Shown here in pieces: positions 57,968-64,000 of a DNA stretch of 64,000 nucleotides. The notes under the pieces were generated by a model. It was not told the DNA's origin and did no database searches. It saw only the letters and a list, made by a program, of their open reading frames with translations. The stretch is from a virus, in the IMG/VR virus record IMGVR_UViG_3300025151_000017, positions 32,001 through 96,000 of that record; one strand, given 5' to 3'. The number at the start of each line of letters is the position of its first letter. Positions within the stretch are counted from its first letter, which is position 1. The translations under genes and the position numbers were made by a program.

Positions 57968-59212
57968 ATGTTCATGAAGATATTAATGTTGGGGACAGCA
58001 TTAACTATTTCAGCTATCGCTGCATACTACTCAATTATTGGGTTGGCAACTATATTTGCTGCAGCAGTGATACCAGTAATAGTAATGGGGTCTGCCATGG
58101 AAGTAGGAAAGCTGGTCACAGTAGTCTATCTACATAGATACTGGGATGAATGTAAGATCCTGCTCAAATCATATTTAATGTTCGCAGTGTTTTTCCTTAT
58201 GTTTATTACAAGTATGGGGATCTTTGGTTTTTTATCAAAGGCACATATTGAGCAAACTGCTTTATCAGAAGAGCAGATAGCACTCGCCGAAAGTATAGAC
58301 GATAAACTTGTTCGTTCACAAGTTAAAATCGACAGGTGGGATAGCGAAATAGATAGGTTGCTAAAACCTAATAATGAACGAGTTGATGTACAAATAGGAA
58401 ACGAACAAGAAACACTTAATGGTATATACGATCGTATAGCTGATGAAAAGAAAGCAGTAAACGATGCGTATAATCAAAAACTAAAAACAATTAATGAAAC
58501 TATTACTGGCTTCGGATCTAATGCTAGAAAGCAAGAAGAAGTAGATAAAGCCAATACTCAACTACAAAAAGAACTTACTGATATTGATAACAAGTATGCT
58601 AGTCAGATAAAAGACTTGACTGATGTTATTAAATCATATCGTGTACAGTCAGAACAAAAGACTGATGATATTGATGGTAAGATTGCTATACTTGAAGCAA
58701 ATGTAGAAAAAGAACAAGTAATAGTTGATGGACTAATAGAAGAAAAAATGGTTTATGAAAAAGAGTTTCGTAAACTTGAAGCTGAAGTTGGTCCAGTTAA
58801 ATATATTGCAGAGTTAGTTTATGGGGAAGCTGATAAATCGGTACTCGAAGATGCTGTAAGATGGGTAATCATTATTCTATGTATTGTATTTGACCCACTT
58901 GCTGTGGCTTTACTTATCGCTTGGAATGGTATGATTGACCAACCAAGACGAAAAAAGATACCTGAGAATATACTCAATGTCAGTGATGATGCGAAATACT
59001 ATTGGAAAAAAATACAACAGGATAGAGAGAAAGATCTAGAGACTCTAAGTAAACAGTTTGATACACCATCTGTGGTTAAGAAACCTGTGGCACCTGTTGA
59101 AAAGCCAAAAGAAGTAGATCCAGACAACGAACCATACAACCCTGACGCATATGAATTAAGATCTGATATTAAGGAAATTATAGCTAAGAAAGATAGCGAA
59201 AAACCTAAATAG
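57968..59212 (+). CDS. membrane protein with long coiled coil
   Basis: Three N-terminal TM segments, ITSMGIFGFLSKAH, EVGPVKYIAE, VFDPLAV. Confidence 0.75.
   Translation: MFMKILMLGTALTISAIAAYYSIIGLATIFAAAVIPVIVMGSAMEVGKLVTVVYLHRYWDECKILLKSYLMFAVFFLMFITSMGIFGFLSKAHIEQTALSEEQIALAESIDDKLVRSQVKIDRWDSEIDRLLKPNNERVDVQIGNEQETLNGIYDRIADEKKAVNDAYNQKLKTINETITGFGSNARKQEEVDKANTQLQKELTDIDNKYASQIKDLTDVIKSYRVQSEQKTDDIDGKIAILEANVEKEQVIVDGLIEEKMVYEKEFRKLEAEVGPVKYIAELVYGEADKSVLEDAVRWVIIILCIVFDPLAVALLIAWNGMIDQPRRKKIPENILNVSDDAKYYWKKIQQDREKDLETLSKQFDTPSVVKKPVAPVEKPKEVDPDNEPYNPDAYELRSDIKEIIAKKDSEKPK
59205..59211 (+). promoter_or_regulatory. late promoter upstream of the membrane/curli block
   Basis: CTAAATA; second copy at 60231 near the csgF start. 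Confidence 0.5.
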
Positions 59213-59271
59213 TCATCGTAGGGTGAACTTTTCGTAATGATGTGTTTAACATATTACAGGTGCACTAAAAG

Positions 59272-59565
59272 ATGGCAAAAAAAGATTTTGATTTAGATGG
59301 CGATGGAGTCACTTCGAAAGAAGAGATTGAAGCTGCAAAATTACTCAAAGAAGCAGAAGCTGCTGAAGAAAAAGCAGATACGCAGAAAGCTATGGCATGG
59401 GTAGCAATGATATCCATGCTTGGCTTCACATTCTTTTTATTCCTTCCCTTTATGTCCAACGAACGAGTAGAAGCACTCGGCGATTTGCTTGGTCTATTTT
59501 ACATAGCACAAGCTGGTGTAGTTGGAGCATACATGGGAATGTCTGCTTACATGAGTAGAAAATAA
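59272..59565 (+). CDS. membrane protein with EF-hand-like loop
   Basis: DLDGDGVTSKEE plus two TM helices. Confidence 0.65.
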   Translation: MAKKDFDLDGDGVTSKEEIEAAKLLKEAEAAEEKADTQKAMAWVAMISMLGFTFFLFLPFMSNERVEALGDLLGLFYIAQAGVVGAYMGMSAYMSRK

Positions 59566-59572
59566 AATAATT

Positions 59573-59854
59573 ATGGATGATATATTTTTATTAGTCGGCG
59601 AGTTGGGTCTTCCCATCGCAGGATGTATCCTGCTTGGTGGGTTTATCTACATCATTTTAAAATACATTCTTGCAGGAGTGACTGACCAAGTTTCTACCAT
59701 GCACGGAATAATTACAATGCTCGATAATCGTATCAAAAACATGAACAATGATATGATTAAACTTGACTTATTAATCTCACATTCATTAGATTTAAAACCT
59801 GACGAGGAAAGAATATCTCGTGCAGATGGTAAGGAGGATGCTCGTCGTGATTGA
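59573..59854 (+). CDS. small TM + coiled-coil protein
   Basis: ELGLPIAG TM; LDNRIKNMNNDMIKL. Confidence 0.65.
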   Translation: MDDIFLLVGELGLPIAGCILLGGFIYIILKYILAGVTDQVSTMHGIITMLDNRIKNMNNDMIKLDLLISHSLDLKPDEERISRADGKEDARRD

Positions 59855-59974
59855 GCCAAAGAATAAAGGGATACCACTAAGCAAGTATAAAACAAAATAC
59901 ACATATACTGGTGCTGATGTGGTTATCGCATCTTGTATATCATTCTTTATAGCATTCCTTCTAGGAGCAATGCT

Positions 59975-60238
59975 GTGATAGAAATTATACAGGAGTATGG
60001 CTTTCCTGTGGTAGCTGTTATAGGAATGGGATGGTTTATCTGGTTTATCTATAACTACATCACAGAAGAAATAGATGGTAAACTAGCAGAAGCAAATACA
60101 GTATTGATTGCTCTGATAGATAGGATTCGTATGTTAGATAACGATATCATACGATTGAAAAGTAAAGTCAACACAGTCATAGAATTAAAAGAGAATGCTG
60201 AAAAAAAAGACTCAAAAGAGGAAGAAAATGCTAAATAA
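59975..60238 (+). CDS. small TM + coiled-coil protein, paralog of 59573
   Basis: EYGFPVVA TM; LIDRIRMLDNDIIRL; GTG start after AGGAG. Confidence 0.65.
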   Translation: MIEIIQEYGFPVVAVIGMGWFIWFIYNYITEEIDGKLAEANTVLIALIDRIRMLDNDIIRLKSKVNTVIELKENAEKKDSKEEENAK

Positions 60239-60701
60239 TTATATGAGATTTCTAGTTCTTTTGCTGTTGCCAACCATGGCAATGGCTGACCAATTATCAT
60301 TTGAGTTTGGTAATCCTGCCTTTTCTAAGCAAGGTTATAGCTCTCATGTCTTGAGTGTTGAACAATTATCATACTCAAGGAAACAAGATGTGATAGAAGA
60401 CGCAAAGAGTGAAGCTGCAAGAGCAGAAAGAGATGCAGAAAACACTACAGTTGCGAAGTTTATTAAGAATGTAGAATCTAGAATTTATGCTAACTTGTCG
60501 AAGCAGTTAGTTGATAACATGTTCGGTGAAAGTTGTGATAGTACAACTACGAACTGTCCGACGAGTGGTACTTCAGAAGTTGAGGGTGCTACTATTTACT
60601 GGGTTAAAGATACAACCACGGAGATAATCACTCTCACTATTACAGACGAGAATGGTTCTGTGACAAGCATGAGTGTACCTATCGGCGATTTTGTATTTTA
60701 A
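60228..60701 (+). CDS. csgF: curli assembly protein CsgF-like
   Basis: Signal peptide, DQLSFEFGNPAF, F...VESRIYANLSKQL, ITD..G. Confidence 0.75.
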   Translation: MLNNYMRFLVLLLLPTMAMADQLSFEFGNPAFSKQGYSSHVLSVEQLSYSRKQDVIEDAKSEAARAERDAENTTVAKFIKNVESRIYANLSKQLVDNMFGESCDSTTTNCPTSGTSEVEGATIYWVKDTTTEIITLTITDENGSVTSMSVPIGDFVF

Positions 60702-60714
60702 AAGGAGTTGCCCA

Positions 60715-61542
60715 GTGCAAAAATTATGTAGGAGTATAGTATTATTGTCTCTGCTTTTTGTAGTAGGATGTGCGACACCTCTGAAGTATAATGAATACAA
60801 AGAGATGGGTCCATTCCATCATGGTACTCCGACGAGTAAATTATTAAAAGATTTACCACCATTAGATAATGATATAATGACCATAGCAGTTTATAACTTT
60901 ATGGATAAAACTGGTCAGAGAAAACCAAGTGCCAAGTTTTCTCAACTATCAACTGCTGTGACGCAAGGACCAGAGGTGTGGGTAATACAAGCACTAAAAG
61001 AAGCTGGTAATGGCACATGGTTTAAAGTTGTAGAACGAGGTGGTTTAGAAAACCTCGTCAAAGAAAGGCAACTGATACGATCTACTAGAGAATCGTATGA
61101 GGGTGCTGAAGCAAATAAGAATTCTTTGAAACCTTTATTATTTGCTGGATTGATATTAGAGGGTGGGATTGTATCCTATGACACTAATATTGATACAGGT
61201 GGTTTCGGAGTAAGGTACTTTGGTATCGGTGCATCGGAAGAGTACCGAGTTGACCAAGTCACTGTCTCAATGAGAGTTGTAGCAGTACAAACAGGAGAAG
61301 TAATCCTAGCTGTAAATGGTACAAAAACTATCGCATCTCATAAGACAGGAGTTGATGCTTTTAGGTTTATAGATATGGGAACAAGAGCGATAGAGGTTGA
61401 AAGTGGGGTGAGTGCGAACGAACCTGTTAATTATGCTATAAGATCTGCAGTTGAATACTGTATTATAGAAATAATAAAACAGGGCGAGCAAAAGTCACTC
61501 TGGAAATTTAAGGAGAAAGAAACAGATGAAGGAATACATTAA
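60715..61542 (+). CDS. csgG: curli secretion pore CsgG
   Basis: VVGC lipobox, AVYNFMDKTGQRK, STAVTQG, WFKVVER, ERQLIR, EGGIVSYD, NEPV. Confidence 0.92.
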   Translation: MQKLCRSIVLLSLLFVVGCATPLKYNEYKEMGPFHHGTPTSKLLKDLPPLDNDIMTIAVYNFMDKTGQRKPSAKFSQLSTAVTQGPEVWVIQALKEAGNGTWFKVVERGGLENLVKERQLIRSTRESYEGAEANKNSLKPLLFAGLILEGGIVSYDTNIDTGGFGVRYFGIGASEEYRVDQVTVSMRVVAVQTGEVILAVNGTKTIASHKTGVDAFRFIDMGTRAIEVESGVSANEPVNYAIRSAVEYCIIEIIKQGEQKSLWKFKEKETDEGIH

Positions 61543-62224
61543 AAAAACTTTGTTATGTATTGTCCCTTTACTATTTGCTGGTAATTTTCTTCTGGCTAAC
61601 GATGTCTATGTCACACAAAGTGGTGATTCACTTGACTTAGATATTACTCAAGATGGTCAGAATAACACTATCGGTAATTCTACTACTGCTTCCAGTTCGA
61701 CAGGTGCCACCACTACTTTGGATATTGACCAAGTCGGTAATAGTAATGTGATTACTTATCAGATTAATGGTGCTACTTATACTGGCACAATTAATTTGGC
61801 TGGTAATTCAAACAATGTTGATTTGAACTGTGATAGCACAGGTAATAATAGTTCTTGTGGAACTGTTAATGCTGTAGTTAATTTTACAGGTAATTCAAAC
61901 GACATCGACTTAGATATTGGTCAAACTGCAGCAGCAGGTAATGCTGATGTGGATATAGTAGGTCAAAGTGGGTCCGACAGTAATGTCGTGGCTGCCACTA
62001 TCGATGGTACAAGTGCCATCTTGACTATTACTGTGAATGGTGACACTAACAACTGGTTGATAGATGTAGATGGTAATGGTGATGTCAATGGACATACTTT
62101 GATACATACGCATACTGGTGGTATCGCTGATGTAGATATAACTCAGTCTGGTATTAATGACCAAATGATAACCCTGACAACTTCGGGAGATAATCATGAC
62201 ATCGATATCAGTCAAACTGACTAA
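61526..62224 (+). CDS. secreted curlin-like repeat protein
   Basis: Signal peptide; repeated I.Q.G..N / G.SN units. Confidence 0.7.
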   Translation: MKEYIKKTLLCIVPLLFAGNFLLANDVYVTQSGDSLDLDITQDGQNNTIGNSTTASSSTGATTTLDIDQVGNSNVITYQINGATYTGTINLAGNSNNVDLNCDSTGNNSSCGTVNAVVNFTGNSNDIDLDIGQTAAAGNADVDIVGQSGSDSNVVAATIDGTSAILTITVNGDTNNWLIDVDGNGDVNGHTLIHTHTGGIADVDITQSGINDQMITLTTSGDNHDIDISQTD

Positions 62225-62277
62225 TTTATTTACAGAAGATCCAAGCATTATGCTGTTTTTGATGATAACTTTTTAAT

Positions 62278-63381
62278 ATGTCTAGGTTTGTAATTATATT
62301 TCTGGTGCTGGCTATGACACAATTAAGTCATGCCAGCATCGGCAATGTAGAAATTCATGAAGGAAATGGTGTCATTGAGCGAAAAGCCAATGGCGAAGAA
62401 GTAAGTACCAAAGAAGATTTAGATGTCTTCAGTTATGATACTGTGAAAACAGGTAAAGGTAAAACTTCTATTGACTTCGTAGATGATACAAGAGTAGATG
62501 TTACAGAACATTCTAAACTAATCATCGATGAGTTTGTTTACGATCCTAATACTAAAAAAGGGAAGTTGTCCTTAAAAGCAAGTTTAGGAACCATAAGGTA
62601 TGCTAGTGGACAGATTGCCAAGAATAGCAGGCAAGATGTAAACATTACAACTCCTACAGCAACTATCGCTGTAAGGGGAACGGACTTTAGTATGACAGTA
62701 GATGAGATAGGATCCTCTACTATCATATTATTACCAAGTTGCGATGCTACTGGTGCTTGCTTTGTAGGTGAGATATCAGTAGAGTCAGATGTAGGTCAAG
62801 TAATACTTAACCAAGCATTTCAAGCAACAGTGGTCGGTACTGTGTCTTCACAACCCATGAAGCCAGTCCTCTTAGATTTAGAGGAAGATATGATAGGAAA
62901 CTTACTTATTATATCAAAGCCACGAGAGATAGAAGAAGAGCAAGAGCGAAGTGAATATAATAAAGTAGCAAATGCTCTTGACATAGATTTTTTAGAGTTT
63001 GAGGATCTAGAGGTAGATTACTTAGAGGAAGAAGAAGACCAGTGGGTGACTGGATTAGATATAGATTTTTTAGAACAAAACTTTTTGGTCGATATCTTAA
63101 AACAAATTAATGAACAACTTGCTTTACAGATGAGAAGTGAGTTTGATAAAAAGAGAACTACAGGTGATGTAAAGTTAGGGAAAGATCCTGAGACTGGAGT
63201 AATAATTTTAGATGAAGATCCGAACTGGGTATATTCTAGAGAGGGAGCAGGAAACTTTTTTGAACTTAGATTAGATAAAGAATATGGTTATGTAATTTCA
63301 TTCACACAGAATGATTTTTCAGTATTCGATTACGAACTAGGAGGAAACAATAATGTCATCAATATTCTACAGAATCAGTAG
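62278..63381 (+). CDS. FecR-domain exported protein
   Basis: DTVKT, F.DDT.V...S.L.IDEF, TPTATIAVRGTDF. Confidence 0.8.
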   Translation: MSRFVIIFLVLAMTQLSHASIGNVEIHEGNGVIERKANGEEVSTKEDLDVFSYDTVKTGKGKTSIDFVDDTRVDVTEHSKLIIDEFVYDPNTKKGKLSLKASLGTIRYASGQIAKNSRQDVNITTPTATIAVRGTDFSMTVDEIGSSTIILLPSCDATGACFVGEISVESDVGQVILNQAFQATVVGTVSSQPMKPVLLDLEEDMIGNLLIISKPREIEEEQERSEYNKVANALDIDFLEFEDLEVDYLEEEEDQWVTGLDIDFLEQNFLVDILKQINEQLALQMRSEFDKKRTTGDVKLGKDPETGVIILDEDPNWVYSREGAGNFFELRLDKEYGYVISFTQNDFSVFDYELGGNNNVINILQNQ

Positions 63382-64000
63382 CATCATAGTTATTGCCTGG
63401 ATGTTCTTGTTTGCTTCTGAAGCATTCGGTAGTGAAATTTATATCAACCAATCAGGAAATAATTTTACACTAGATGTAATTCAAGATGGTACTGGTAATA
63501 ATATAATCAGAGGATATCATAATCAAACTGCTAGTATCTCTGGTAATAATAACTCCCTAAAGATTACACAAAAACAAACTGTTTCAACTTCTACCTTTTC
63601 AACAGCACATGTAGATATAGATGGTGATAGTAATGATATATTCATGGGATTCGGAGTAGGCACATACTCAAACGATTACACAAATTATACAGCATATGAT
63701 GGTCAAGAAGCTGGCAATCATAATCAAAAGTTATATCTACAAGGAGATAATAACGACATCTATATGAGTCAAAGAAATGGCTCACCCAATCAAGCATACA
63801 GTGCTCACTCAATAGATTTAAAAATATATAGTGACTATAATGATGTTGGTATATTCCAAGGTCACGATGGGTCAAAAACTTTAGACCTAACTATTAATAA
63901 TGACTATAACGATGTAGATATTAGACAACAAGGATATAATTCTGGACACAGTGCAACTATAACACTAGATGGTAATTATCCAACTACTTTGTTTCTCAAC
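63353..64000 (+). CDS. second curlin-like repeat protein (partial, runs off the window)
   Basis: AGGAGG RBS; signal peptide then SEIYINQSGNNFTLDVIQDG, matching NDVYVTQSGDSLDLDITQDG of 61526. Confidence 0.7.
   Translation, partial: MSSIFYRISSIIVIAWMFLFASEAFGSEIYINQSGNNFTLDVIQDGTGNNIIRGYHNQTASISGNNNSLKITQKQTVSTSTFSTAHVDIDGDSNDIFMGFGVGTYSNDYTNYTAYDGQEAGNHNQKLYLQGDNNDIYMSQRNGSPNQAYSAHSIDLKIYSDYNDVGIFQGHDGSKTLDLTINNDYNDVDIRQQGYNSGHSATITLDGNYPTTLFLN

Noticed and set aside
1440-63875. Many minus-strand and nested ORFs in the six-frame track
   Set aside because: They shadow well-supported + strand genes and have no RBS or motifs. Only the embedded o-spanin is kept.

Overview
64 kb of an AT-rich, large T4-like myophage genome, resembling marine pelagiphage/cyanophage-type T4 relatives. 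Essentially all real genes are on the + strand. It carries T4 core genes (end of gp3, uvsY, uvsW, gp55, gp47/46, gp45/44/62, regA, gp43, uvsX, gp41, gp61, nrdA/B/C), a tRNA-Arg(UCU), auxiliary genes (IscA/HesB, peptide deformylase, Hsp20, CobS/VWA pair, 2OG-Fe(II) oxygenases, ACP- and MaoC-domain proteins), probable capsid-packaged proteins, an embedded Rz/Rz1 spanin pair and a curli-like operon (csgF, csgG, two curlin-like genes, FecR-domain gene). The most striking element is a six-gene block after gp41 (26026-31527): TET/JBP-like dioxygenase, FkbM methyltransferase, aGPT-Pplase/AADT-like transferase, myo-inositol-1-phosphate synthase, HAD phosphatase and P-loop kinase. I read it as a candidate replication-coupled DNA hypermodification pathway that may attach (methyl-)inositol to a pyrimidine. 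The dioxygenase ends in a copy of the polymerase's clamp-binding tail. Three phage promoter classes, an antisense promoter, and an RpoH-type promoter with a ROSE-like thermometer at hsp20 are visible. All family calls come from motif recognition by eye; no searches were run.
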